Shown: piece by piece, positions 36,842-45,890 of the stretch
How positions within the stretch are numbered: the stretch's first letter is position 1
Layout of the letters: every line of letters starts with the position of its first letter
NCBI GenBank assembly: GCA_019351995.1
Contig: JABBOD010000014.1
Span: 1,457 to 65,456 of the forward strand
Direction of reading: 5' to 3'
Length of the DNA stretch: 64,000 nucleotides
Origin: Acidobacteriota bacterium
Lineage (GTDB): Bacteria; Actinomycetota; Actinomycetes; Actinomycetales; Microbacteriaceae
Translations under genes and position numbers: made by a program
Notes under the pieces: generated by a model
What the model was told of the DNA's origin: nothing
The model's input: the letters and a program-made list of their open reading frames with translations, nothing else
Database searches by the model: none

Positions 36842-37861
36842 GTGCCCGCAGTCCGTTCCCGCCTCACCCTTCGCGTCGCCACGGTTGCCGCCGTCACCGT
36901 ATTGGCGATCGCACTGGCGGGATGCACCTCCAACGCGGCCACCAGCACGGCCACGCCGACGTCGACCCCCTCCAGTGTCAGCGCGGCGTGTGTGTCGAGC
37001 GGCCCGGCCTCCGATTCGGTCAAGGTCACCGGTGCCTTCGATGCGTCGCCGAACGTCTCCCTGAACGCGCCGCTGAAGGTCTCGTCGACCCAGCGCACCG
37101 TCGTGATCGCCGGCAAGGGTGAGAAGGCGAAGCCCGGCAGCATCGTGAACGTGAGCTTCACCCTGTACAACGGCACGACCGGTAAGACCGTCACGTCGAC
37201 GGGCTACGGCGCGGGGCGTTCCTCTGCGATCACCGTCGATGCCAGCCAGGTCATCAGCGGATTGGCGAAGACGCTCAACTGCGCGCAGGCCGGCTCGCGT
37301 GTTGTCGGCGTCATCCCCGCCTCCGAAGCGTTCGGAACCACCGGCTCCAGCTCGCTGGGCATCGCGGCGAATCAGGTCATCGTGATCGTCGCCGACGTCG
37401 TGGGCTTGGTTGCGGCGAAGGCCACCGGCACGGCCCAGACCCCGCCCGCGGGACTCCCGACCGTCAAGGTCGCCGCCGATGGCACACCGACGCTGACGAT
37501 CCCGAGCGGATACACCGCACCGGCGACGACCCAGATCGCCACGCTCATCAAGGGTGCGGGCGCCGTCGTCGGAGCAAATGACACCGTGACCATCCAGTAC
37601 CAGGGCACCAACCTGCGCACCGGCAAGATCTTCGACCAGACCTGGGGCAAGAGTCCATACAGCGGAGCTGTCAGCGGCTTCGTGCCCGGCTTCACGAAGG
37701 CGATCGTCGGGCAGACGGTCGGATCTCAGGTGCTGGCGGTCATCGCGCCGGCCGACGGCTACGGTCCGTCCGGTGGGCAGTCGGGTGCCGGGATCAACAA
37801 GGACGACACCATCATCTTCGTCGTCGACATCCTGGCGGCCCAGGCACCGGCGGCGGGCTAG
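36842..37861 (+). CDS. FKBP-type peptidyl-prolyl cis-trans isomerase lipoprotein
   Basis: Lipobox 'LAIALAGC' and two FKBP-like halves, the second being 'VTIQYQGTNLRTGKIFDQTW...FVPGFTKAIVGQTVGSQVLAVIAPADGYG'. Confidence 0.85.
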   Translation: MPAVRSRLTLRVATVAAVTVLAIALAGCTSNAATSTATPTSTPSSVSAACVSSGPASDSVKVTGAFDASPNVSLNAPLKVSSTQRTVVIAGKGEKAKPGSIVNVSFTLYNGTTGKTVTSTGYGAGRSSAITVDASQVISGLAKTLNCAQAGSRVVGVIPASEAFGTTGSSSLGIAANQVIVIVADVVGLVAAKATGTAQTPPAGLPTVKVAADGTPTLTIPSGYTAPATTQIATLIKGAGAVVGANDTVTIQYQGTNLRTGKIFDQTWGKSPYSGAVSGFVPGFTKAIVGQTVGSQVLAVIAPADGYGPSGGQSGAGINKDDTIIFVVDILAAQAPAAG

Positions 37862-37863
37862 TC

Positions 37864-37883
37864 GTCTCGTCTCGTCTCGTCTC
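37864..37883. repeat. (GTCTC)x4 pentanucleotide tandem repeat
   Basis: Read directly. It starts 3 nt after the FKBP stop codon and lies 60 nt upstream of the dxr ATG. Confidence 0.9.
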
Positions 37884-37942
37884 GTTCCGTCGCCCCGCGC
37901 CTGGTCGCCCCTGCTGGGAGGCGCCGCCGCTAGCCTGAAGTC

Positions 37943-39040
37943 ATGCGCCGCGTCATCGTCCTCGGGTCAACGGGCTCCATCGGGGTGCAGGCCCTCGACG
38001 TCATCGCCGCCCACCCGGACCGCTTCGAACTCGTGGGACTGGCCGCGGGTCGCAACCGCGAGGCATTGGCACGGCAGGCGCGCGCGACCGGGGTCACCCG
38101 CACCGCGCTCGGCGTCGACGAGGCGGTCGCCCTGGTCCGCCAGGTCGAAGCGGATGTCGTTCTCAACGCCATCACCGGGTCCGTCGGCCTCGCTCCGACC
38201 CTTGCCGTGATCGACAGCGGGGCAACCCTCGCCCTCGCCAACAAGGAGTCGCTCATTGTCGGCGGCGAGCTGGTCACGTCGGCGGCGAAGCCCGGGCAGA
38301 TCGTGCCCGTCGATTCGGAGCACTCGGCCATCGCGCAGGCGCTGCGATCCGGGGAGCACGGTGAGGTGCGTCGACTGGTGCTCACGGCATCCGGGGGGCC
38401 ATTCCGCGGATTCACGCGCGACCAACTGGCGGATGTCACCCCCGAGCAGGCGCTCGCGCATCCGACCTGGGACATGGGCCTCGTGGTGACCACGAACTCG
38501 GCCACCCTCGTCAACAAGGGGCTCGAGATCATCGAGGCTCACCATCTGTTCGGGATCCCGTACGACCGCATCGAGGCGGTCGTGCATCCGCAGTCGATCG
38601 TGCACTCGATGGTGGAGTTCACGGATGGTTCCACCATCGCCCAAGCGTCGCCCCCCGACATGAGGCTGCCGATTTCGCTCGCCCTGGACTGGCCGCACCG
38701 CGTGCCGGGTGTTGGAGTCCCGCTCGACTGGAGCCACGCCCAGAGCTGGACCTTCGAGCCGCTCGACGACGACGCCTTCCCCGCGGTGAACCTTGCCAAG
38801 AGTGTGGGTGCCGCGGGGAGAACATTCCCGGCGGTCTTCAACGCGGCGAACGAGCAGGCGGTGCAGGCGTTCCACGCCCGGCGTATCCCGTACCTGAGCA
38901 TCCTGGCTGTCGTCCAGCGCGTCGTTGATCAGTACCGGGAGCACGAGCAACAACCGCTGACGCTCGAGGGCGTTCTCGAGGCCGAGCGCTGGGCTCGGGA
39001 TGCCGCCGACCGCGCGCTCGCCGGTTCGCTCGCCGAGTAG
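37943..39040 (+). CDS. dxr: 1-deoxy-D-xylulose 5-phosphate reductoisomerase
   Basis: '[15 protein letters not shown]', 'LANKESL', 'VDSEHSAI', 'HPTWDMG' and '[13 protein letters not shown]'. Confidence 0.93.
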   Translation: MRRVIVLGSTGSIGVQALDVIAAHPDRFELVGLAAGRNREALARQARATGVTRTALGVDEAVALVRQVEADVVLNAITGSVGLAPTLAVIDSGATLALANKESLIVGGELVTSAAKPGQIVPVDSEHSAIAQALRSGEHGEVRRLVLTASGGPFRGFTRDQLADVTPEQALAHPTWDMGLVVTTNSATLVNKGLEIIEAHHLFGIPYDRIEAVVHPQSIVHSMVEFTDGSTIAQASPPDMRLPISLALDWPHRVPGVGVPLDWSHAQSWTFEPLDDDAFPAVNLAKSVGAAGRTFPAVFNAANEQAVQAFHARRIPYLSILAVVQRVVDQYREHEQQPLTLEGVLEAERWARDAADRALAGSLAE

Positions 39041-39205
39041 TTTCCTGCGGTCGGAGCTCGAGCCATGACGCGGGGGACCCCTGCGCGCGGGGGTCTGACG
39101 TGTTGCACGGGGGTCCTCGGTGGCCACGACTCGGAGGCGGACACACAGCCGGCCCCCCGTTCGCGGTCGGCGCGTTCCAAGACTTCCTGACGTAGCCTGA
39201 CCTGC

Positions 39206-40636
39206 GTGCAAACCGTGCTGCTGTACATCCTCGGCGTGGTGGTCGTCGTCGTCGGCATCGCCGTTTCGATCGGTCTTCACGAGATCGGCCACCTCATCCC
39301 GGCGAAGCGCTTCGGCGTCAAGGTCGGCCAGTGGATGATCGGCTTCGGCCCCACCATCTGGTCGCGCAAGTTCGGTGAGACGGAATACGGCGTCAAAGCG
39401 ATTCCGCTCGGCGGCTACATCTCGATGGCCGGGATGTTCCCGCCCGGGAAGGTGAAGGACGGCGCGGTGGCCCGTGCAGGGCACCTGCGCGACGAGCTGG
39501 AGTTGGAGTTCGTTGAGGGCGATCTGCACGATCCGGATGAGGATGCCGCGCTGCAGCGCACCGGGTCCACGGTGGACGCCGTCCGCGCCGGGTCGCGGGC
39601 GAAGATGGACTCGACGGGCTTCTTCAGCGTGCTGGTGCAGGACGCGCGTGATTCGTCAGCGCAGGCCATCACCCCCGGCGACGAGGACCGCGTCTTCTAC
39701 AAGCTCGCGTTCTGGAAGCGGATCATCATCATGCTTGGTGGCCCCACCGTCAACCTGATCCTCGCTGTCGTCTTCTACGGGATCGTGATCTGCCTGGTGG
39801 GAACTCCCGGCTTCTCGACGACGGTGAGCGAAGTCAGCCAGTGCATGGTGCAGACCACGAGCTCGAGTGCGGCGAACAAGACGTGCGCCTCGTCGGATCC
39901 GGCAACGCCCGCCGCCGAAGGCGGTCTCCAGGCCGGTGACACCGTTGTCAGCATCGACGGTGTCGCGGTCTCCAGCTACGCGCAGGAGACCAAGATCATC
40001 CGCGACAACGCCGGCACGACGTTGACCTTCGTGGTCGAACGGAATGGCGCGCAGAAGACCCTGTCGATCACTCCGGTCAAGAACACGACACGGGATGCCT
40101 CGGGCAAGATCGTCAACGCCGGCTTCATCGGAATCACGACCCAGCAGCAGTTGGTGAGGCTCCCGGTCACCGCGGTGCTGCCAGCGGTCGGGGCCAACAT
40201 CACCCACGTCGCCGGCATCATCGTCGACCTTCCGCACCGCCTGGTGCAGGTGGCGCAGGCCGCGTTCGGCGGCCAGAAGCGCGACCCGAACGGCCCGATC
40301 AGCGTGGTCGGGGTCGGCCGGTACGCCGGAGCGATCGCAAGCTCGCCGGCGCCCGTCGCCGATCGTGTCAGCGCGATGCTGCAGATCCTCGGCTCCCTCA
40401 ACGTGGCGTTGTTCGTGTTCAACCTGATCCCGTTGCTGCCACTGGACGGTGGCCACGTGATCGGTGCGCTCTGGGAGGCGGTGCGCCGTCGTGTCGCGAA
40501 GTGGTTCAAGCGACCGGACCCTGGCCCGGTCGACATGGCCAAGCTGATCCCCTTGACGCTCGCTGTGTCCGGCATCCTCGGCCTGATGTCGGTGTTGCTC
40601 ATCTACGCGGACATCGTCAACCCGGTCATCTCCTGA
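39206..40636 (+). CDS. RIP (site-2) zinc metalloprotease, RseP/Rip1 family
   Basis: 'HEIGH' in TM1, a PDZ-like middle region, and 'NLIPLLPLDGGH' in the C-terminal membrane core. The position downstream of dxr is classical. Confidence 0.9.
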   Translation: MQTVLLYILGVVVVVVGIAVSIGLHEIGHLIPAKRFGVKVGQWMIGFGPTIWSRKFGETEYGVKAIPLGGYISMAGMFPPGKVKDGAVARAGHLRDELELEFVEGDLHDPDEDAALQRTGSTVDAVRAGSRAKMDSTGFFSVLVQDARDSSAQAITPGDEDRVFYKLAFWKRIIIMLGGPTVNLILAVVFYGIVICLVGTPGFSTTVSEVSQCMVQTTSSSAANKTCASSDPATPAAEGGLQAGDTVVSIDGVAVSSYAQETKIIRDNAGTTLTFVVERNGAQKTLSITPVKNTTRDASGKIVNAGFIGITTQQQLVRLPVTAVLPAVGANITHVAGIIVDLPHRLVQVAQAAFGGQKRDPNGPISVVGVGRYAGAIASSPAPVADRVSAMLQILGSLNVALFVFNLIPLLPLDGGHVIGALWEAVRRRVAKWFKRPDPGPVDMAKLIPLTLAVSGILGLMSVLLIYADIVNPVIS

Positions 40637-40638
40637 GC

Positions 40639-41076
40639 GGGATCGGCAAGGTCATCCTCACGTTGCCCCAGCGGCTCGTGCAGACGGCGCAGGTGGCCTT
40701 CGGCGGGGGCAAACGGGACCCGAACGGCCCGATCGGCGTGGTCGGTATCGGGCGCCTGGCGGGTGAAATCACCACCATCGGTTCGATCCCCTTCGTCGAC
40801 CGCATGGAAACACTGATCGGGATGGTGGCGGGACTGAACGTCGCTCTCTTCGTCTTCAACCTGATTCCGTTGCTCCCGCTCGACGGCGGTCATGTGATCG
40901 GCGCCGTCTGGGAGGCGCTGCGGCGCAGGCTGGCGAAATGGTTCAAGCGACCCGATCCGGGTCCCGTCGACATGGCGAAGCTGGTGCCGCTCACCCTGGT
41001 GATCGTGGCGATCCTGGGCGCATCGAGCCTGCTCCTGCTCTACGCAGACATCGTCAACCCGGTGACTTTCCAGTAA
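40639..41076 (+). pseudogene. tandem duplicate of the 3' ~430 nt of the site-2 protease gene (C-terminal fragment with the LDG motif, no HExxH)
   Basis: The translation 'GIGKVILTLPQRLVQTAQVAFGGGKRDPNGPIGVVG...NVALFVFNLIPLLPLDGGHVIGAVWEA..RRR.AKWFKRPDPGPVDMAKL..YADIVNPV' aligns colinearly with aa ~335-476 of the preceding gene at about 70% identity. It begins 2 nt after that gene's stop, in another frame. Confidence 0.7.
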
Positions 41077-41231
41077 CTTTCCTTGATTCCCCGCACTTTT
41101 TCTCGCTCGGGAGACCGTCTTGCCTCGACAGGGCTTGACGCGCTGCGCGCGCGCGCCGTACGGTGAACTGAAACCTGAACCAGGTCTCATATCCCTTCAC
41201 CTCCTTCTATGGCAGCAGGAAAGGCAATTCC

Positions 41232-42422
41232 ATGCGGGTGACGAAGAAATTCCTCGTTCCGGCGGTAATCGCGGCCGTCGGCCTCGCGTTGGCGGGCTGT
41301 GCGCCCTCGACGCCCACAGCCACGACCTCGACTGGCGCGGCCGTCCCGGTCGCGATCATCTACTCACAGACCGGTCCGCTTGCCGCGTACGGTCAGGAGT
41401 ATCGCAACGGCTTCGAAGCCGGTCTCGACTACGCGACCGGGGGAACGGGCAAGGTCAACGGCCGGGCGCTCGACATCACGTACTCCGACGATGCCGGGAA
41501 CCCAGACACCGCAGTGAGTCTGGCCAAGAACGCCATCGGCAACGGCACTCAGATCGTCGCAGGGACGGTTTCCTCTGGCATCGCGGTCGCTCTCGCCCAG
41601 CAGGCGGCGCAGAACAAGATTCTCTACATCTCCGGGCCCGCCGCGGTGGACGCGGTGACGGGCGTCAACAAGTACACCTTCCGCTCGGGGCGCCAGACTT
41701 ACCAGGACGTCGCCACCGCCGGCACCTTCGTCGGCGATCTGACCGGAAAGAAGGTGCTCGTCTTCGCGCAGGACTCCGCCTTCGGTAAGGGCAATGCCGC
41801 CGCGGTGCAGGCAGTGCTCGGCGCCAAGGGCGCGACCGTGTCCAGTGTGCTCGTTCCCGAGAGCGCCACGGAGTTCACGCCCTTCGCCCAACAGATCCTC
41901 GCAGCGAAGCCGGACCTGGTCTTCGTCGCTTGGGCGGGAGCGAGCTCCGGAACCATGTGGCAGGCACTCAGCCAGCAGGGCGTCTTCACCGCCGTTCCGG
42001 TCGTGACCGGTCTCGGCGACGCGGCGACCTTCGGAGCGTACGGAGCCGCCAGCGGCAAGATCAGCTTTCTCTCGCACTATTTTGCGGGGGCGAGCAGCAA
42101 CAAGGTCAACAAGGCGATGGAGTCCTACCTGAGCAAGAAAGGCCAGACGGCTGACCTGTTCTCGCCGGATGGATTCGTGGCGGCCCAGATGATTGTGCGG
42201 GCGGTCAGCAAGGGCGGTGGTGACAATGTCGACAAGATGATCGCGTCACTCGAGGGCTGGACCTTCGACGCACCCAAGGGGACTCAGACCATCCGGGCCT
42301 CCGACCACGCGATGATTCAGCCGATGTTTCAGGCGAAGCTGGTCGCCGACGGCAGCAACTGGAAGCCCGAACTGGTCAAGGTGGTCAGCGCCGCGACGGT
42401 CACTCCGCCTGCGGCAGGCTGA
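41232..42422 (+). CDS. Liv/HAAT-family ABC transporter substrate-binding lipoprotein
   Basis: Lipobox 'LALAGC' and a type-I periplasmic binding fold typical of Leu/Ile/Val-binding-like proteins. Confidence 0.85.
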   Translation: MRVTKKFLVPAVIAAVGLALAGCAPSTPTATTSTGAAVPVAIIYSQTGPLAAYGQEYRNGFEAGLDYATGGTGKVNGRALDITYSDDAGNPDTAVSLAKNAIGNGTQIVAGTVSSGIAVALAQQAAQNKILYISGPAAVDAVTGVNKYTFRSGRQTYQDVATAGTFVGDLTGKKVLVFAQDSAFGKGNAAAVQAVLGAKGATVSSVLVPESATEFTPFAQQILAAKPDLVFVAWAGASSGTMWQALSQQGVFTAVPVVTGLGDAATFGAYGAASGKISFLSHYFAGASSNKVNKAMESYLSKKGQTADLFSPDGFVAAQMIVRAVSKGGGDNVDKMIASLEGWTFDAPKGTQTIRASDHAMIQPMFQAKLVADGSNWKPELVKVVSAATVTPPAAG

Positions 42423-42440
42423 GGCCGGTTCCGCTGCCCG

Positions 42441-43196
42441 ATGGCTAACCATTCCGTGCTCGCGGTCGAGCACCTCTCCCTGCAACTCGGCGGCGCGCGC
42501 ATCACGGCTGACGTGACGCTCGCCGTCGAGCAGGGGGAGATGCTCGGAGTGATCGGCCCCAATGGCGCCGGTAAGACGACCTTGTTCAATCTCATTTCGG
42601 GGGTGATCCGCCCCACCGGCGGCCGCATCCTTCTGGATGGCAAGGACATCACCGACGTGCCGGTCGATGCGCGAGCACGGGCAGGGATCGGGCGGAGCTT
42701 CCAGACTTCGAATCTGTTCGGCGGGCTGAGCGTGTTCGAAAACGTTCGGCTGGCCGCGCAGGCCTCGCTTGGTGGCTCGCTCAGCCTGGTGCGCGCTCCT
42801 CGCCCAGGCGACCGAGCGAGCCGGCTCGCCGGCGATCAACTCGGTGAACTCGGTCTTGAACGTCACGCCGACACGTTGGCAGGGAGCCTCTCGCACGGTG
42901 ACAAGCGAAAGTTGGAGATCGCCATGATGTTGGCCGCCGATCCTCGGGTGATCCTGCTTGACGAGCCGATGGCAGGGGTGGGATCCGGCGACGTCCCGGA
43001 ACTGATGGAGGTGATCCGTCGCGTGCATGAGCAGGGGCGAACGGTTTTGATGGTGGAGCACCACATGGACGTCGTCCTTGGACTGGTCGATCGGGTCGCG
43101 GTGATGCACCACGGTCAGCTCCTGGCCTGTGACCTACCCGACGTCGTGATGGCGAACCCCGACGTGCAGAGCGCCTACCTCGGGGAGCCGGTGTGA
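42441..43196 (+). CDS. HAAT-family ABC transporter ATP-binding protein (LivG-like)
   Basis: 'GPNGAGKTT', 'LSHGDKRKLEIA' and 'ILLDEPMAG'. Confidence 0.9.
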   Translation: MANHSVLAVEHLSLQLGGARITADVTLAVEQGEMLGVIGPNGAGKTTLFNLISGVIRPTGGRILLDGKDITDVPVDARARAGIGRSFQTSNLFGGLSVFENVRLAAQASLGGSLSLVRAPRPGDRASRLAGDQLGELGLERHADTLAGSLSHGDKRKLEIAMMLAADPRVILLDEPMAGVGSGDVPELMEVIRRVHEQGRTVLMVEHHMDVVLGLVDRVAVMHHGQLLACDLPDVVMANPDVQSAYLGEPV

Positions 43197-43921
43197 CCGG
43201 CGAGGTCGTGCTCCGAGTGAGTGGGCTGAGCGCACGGATCGGCCATCAGCAGGTCGTCGAAGACGTCAGCTTCGACGTCCCGGCTGGCGAGGTGACCGCG
43301 ATCCTGGGCCGCAACGGCGCCGGTAAGACCAGCACCATCAAGGGAATACTCGGGCTGATCGGGCGCTCCGGCATTGTCGAACTCGAGGGGGAGCGGATTG
43401 ACACGCTGGCCACCGACCGGATCGTGCGACGAGGAGTCGGTTACGTCCCGGAGGACCGGGAGGTCTTTGCGTCCCTGACCGTCGCCGAGAACCTGCGCCT
43501 CGCCGAACGTGATGCCTCGCCGCGACGGGAACTCGTCGCCGAGCTGTTCCCCGAACTGATTACCCGGGGCGCGCAACGCGCAGGAACCCTCTCCGGCGGG
43601 CAGCAGCAGATGCTGTCACTGTCACGGGCGCTGCTCAACGACAACCGCATCCTGCTGATCGACGAACCGACGAAAGGGCTCTCGCCCAAGCTGGTTGCCG
43701 AAGTGGTCGCGGCGCTCGAGGTCGTGGCCCGTGTTGTGCCGATTCTGCTGGTCGAGCAGAATCTGAACGCCGCGCGTCGACTGGCGGCGCGGCTCGTCGT
43801 GATCGAGGACGGTCGCAGCGTGTTGAGTGGACCTGCCTCCGAGTTCTTCGAGGACGAGGAGCGACTGATCAGGATGCTCGGTGTTCACGGAAGCGGCGTC
43901 GGCGGAGTGGGCACGGCATGA
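43193..43921 (+). CDS. HAAT-family ABC transporter ATP-binding protein (LivF-like)
   Basis: 'GRNGAGKTS', 'LSGGQQQMLSLSRA' and 'LLIDEPTKGL'. GTGA overlap with the upstream gene. Confidence 0.9.
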   Translation: MTGEVVLRVSGLSARIGHQQVVEDVSFDVPAGEVTAILGRNGAGKTSTIKGILGLIGRSGIVELEGERIDTLATDRIVRRGVGYVPEDREVFASLTVAENLRLAERDASPRRELVAELFPELITRGAQRAGTLSGGQQQMLSLSRALLNDNRILLIDEPTKGLSPKLVAEVVAALEVVARVVPILLVEQNLNAARRLAARLVVIEDGRSVLSGPASEFFEDEERLIRMLGVHGSGVGGVGTA

Positions 43922-44793
43922 GCACCGTGGCCCTCCTCCTCATCACCGGTCTCGGCCTCGGAGCGCTCTACTTCCTGGTCGCCTCTGGCTTGTCGCTCAT
44001 CTACGGATTGATGGGTGTGTTGAACTTCGCGCACGGCTCGTTCTTGACGATCTCGGCGTTCCTCGCCTGGGAGGTGGCGCGTCGCATCGGTGCCGACAGC
44101 TGGGGATCGCTCGGCCTCGCGCTGCTGGTCGGAGCGGTCGTCGGAGGAATCGTGGCGGCGGGAACCGAATTGCTGCTGATCCGGCGGCTCTATGAGCGCC
44201 ACATCGAGCAAGTGCTGGTCACTGTCGGTCTTGCTTTGGCGAGCGTTGCGCTGTTTCAGGGAATCTGGGGCACGGATCCGCAGTACGTCACCGGCCCCGC
44301 CTGGCTCGCGCAGACCACCGATGTCTTGGGCGCGAGGATTCCCAACAACCGTTTCCTCCTGATCGCGGTCGCCGCGGCCGTGCTCCTGACATTGCTGCTG
44401 TTCCTGCGCTACACGCGTTTTGGTCTGGTGATTCGCGCCGGTGTCGAGAATCGATCGATGGTCACCGCTCTCGGTATTGACGTGCGCCGCGCATTCACCT
44501 TGGTGTTCACGATCGGTGGCGCGGCGGCGGGGATCGGAGGGGTGCTGGCCTCGCACTACTTCGGCTATGTCTCGCCCGAGATGGGGGCATCACTGCTGAT
44601 CTTCGCTTTCATCGTCACCGTGATCGGTGGGCTCGGCTCTCTGGCCGGGGCGGCTCTCGCGGCGGTATTCGTCGCGGTGATTCAACAGTTCGCCAATTTC
44701 TACCTCGGCGGGACCGGAGACATCATGGTGGTACTCCTGCTCGCCGTCGTGCTCCTGGTACGCCCGCGAGGCCTCCTCGGGAGGCGCGGGTGA
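43918..44793 (+). CDS. HAAT-family ABC transporter permease (LivH-like)
   Basis: Polytopic permease with 'LNFAHGSF'. ATGA overlap with the upstream gene. Confidence 0.88.
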   Translation: MSTVALLLITGLGLGALYFLVASGLSLIYGLMGVLNFAHGSFLTISAFLAWEVARRIGADSWGSLGLALLVGAVVGGIVAAGTELLLIRRLYERHIEQVLVTVGLALASVALFQGIWGTDPQYVTGPAWLAQTTDVLGARIPNNRFLLIAVAAAVLLTLLLFLRYTRFGLVIRAGVENRSMVTALGIDVRRAFTLVFTIGGAAAGIGGVLASHYFGYVSPEMGASLLIFAFIVTVIGGLGSLAGAALAAVFVAVIQQFANFYLGGTGDIMVVLLLAVVLLVRPRGLLGRRG

Positions 44794-45890
44794 ACGCCGT
44801 TCTGGTGTCGATGCGCCGCCCAGGCGCACGGTGGCTGCTCTCTGCGCTGTTGGTCGTCGGCTTAGCGGCGCTTCCGCTGTTGAACATCGTTGTCCCCGGG
44901 GTTCTGCCGGGACCCAGCTACACACCGGGGACTCTTCAGCTACTGGCGTTGAGCCTGATCTTCGCGGCGCTTGCCCTCAGCTATCACGTGCTGTTCGGTG
45001 CCGCGGGGTTGCTGTCCTTCGGGCACGCACTGTATTTCGCGATCGGGGCGTATGGGCTCGGCATCCTGCTGAAGCGCACCGAGTTGCCGCTGCTGCTTGC
45101 GGTGGCCGTGGTGCTCGCTGGCACCCTGGTGGTCGCGACAGTGCTGGGAGCGATCAGTCTGAGGGTGAGCGGGATCTCCTTCGCCATGGTGACCCTCGCC
45201 TTCGCCCAGGCCGGTTCGGTACTGATCCAGCGCAACTCGGGGATCACGGGTGGGGAAGATGGACTCTCCCTGTCCACCCAGCAATTGCCGGACTTCTTCG
45301 TGGGGGTGCTCAACACCCGAAACCTGTACTGGCTTGCGCTCGCGCTGCTTGTCGTGGTCTTTCTCGCCGTGCGCTGGTTTGAGCGCTCGCGGGCCGGCCA
45401 CGTCGCCGCCGCCGCCCGGGAGAATGAGCTCAGAGTTCGGGTCATCGGATTGCGACCATTCTCGGTCAAGCTGGTGGCCGTGGTCATCGCCGGGGTGCTG
45501 GCCGCGGCGATCGGAATGGTCTACCTGTTGTTGCAGAGCGGGGTGGTCCCGGGTGTCGCGTCGAGCAATTTCACCCTCACCCTCCTGGTGATCGTCGTGT
45601 TGGGCGGTGTCGGATCACGCTGGGGTGCGGTCATCGGCGGGGTGGTGTACACCTTGCTGGATCAGCGGCTCTCTGCGCTCGCCGGATCCGACGCCATCGC
45701 GGGTCTTCCTGCCGTATTACGGGTGCCGCTGTCTGAGCCGCTCTTCCTGCTGGGGACGCTGTTCATTCTCGTCGTGCTGTTCCTCCCCGGGGGTATCGTC
45801 GGCGTTGCCGGGCGCCTCACCCGACGGGCGGGCCGCACGTCCGGAGCCACGCGCGAGGACCCGAGAGACGTGATTGAGGAGACCGAATGA
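44790..45890 (+). CDS. HAAT-family ABC transporter permease (LivM-like)
   Basis: Polytopic permease with 'GLLSFGHALYFAIGAY'. GTGA overlap with the upstream gene. Confidence 0.85.
   Translation: MNAVLVSMRRPGARWLLSALLVVGLAALPLLNIVVPGVLPGPSYTPGTLQLLALSLIFAALALSYHVLFGAAGLLSFGHALYFAIGAYGLGILLKRTELPLLLAVAVVLAGTLVVATVLGAISLRVSGISFAMVTLAFAQAGSVLIQRNSGITGGEDGLSLSTQQLPDFFVGVLNTRNLYWLALALLVVVFLAVRWFERSRAGHVAAAARENELRVRVIGLRPFSVKLVAVVIAGVLAAAIGMVYLLLQSGVVPGVASSNFTLTLLVIVVLGGVGSRWGAVIGGVVYTLLDQRLSALAGSDAIAGLPAVLRVPLSEPLFLLGTLFILVVLFLPGGIVGVAGRLTRRAGRTSGATREDPRDVIEETE

Noticed and set aside
40501-41076. Programmed -1 frameshift or read-through joining the site-2 protease to the duplicated fragment. The fragment's frame is open from 40501, overlapping the 3' end of the protease gene.
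   Set aside because: I saw no slippery heptamer or stimulatory structure. A shift within 40501-40636 would produce an unrelated peptide before reaching the homologous part. The open overlap is best explained by GC-rich sequence lacking stops.
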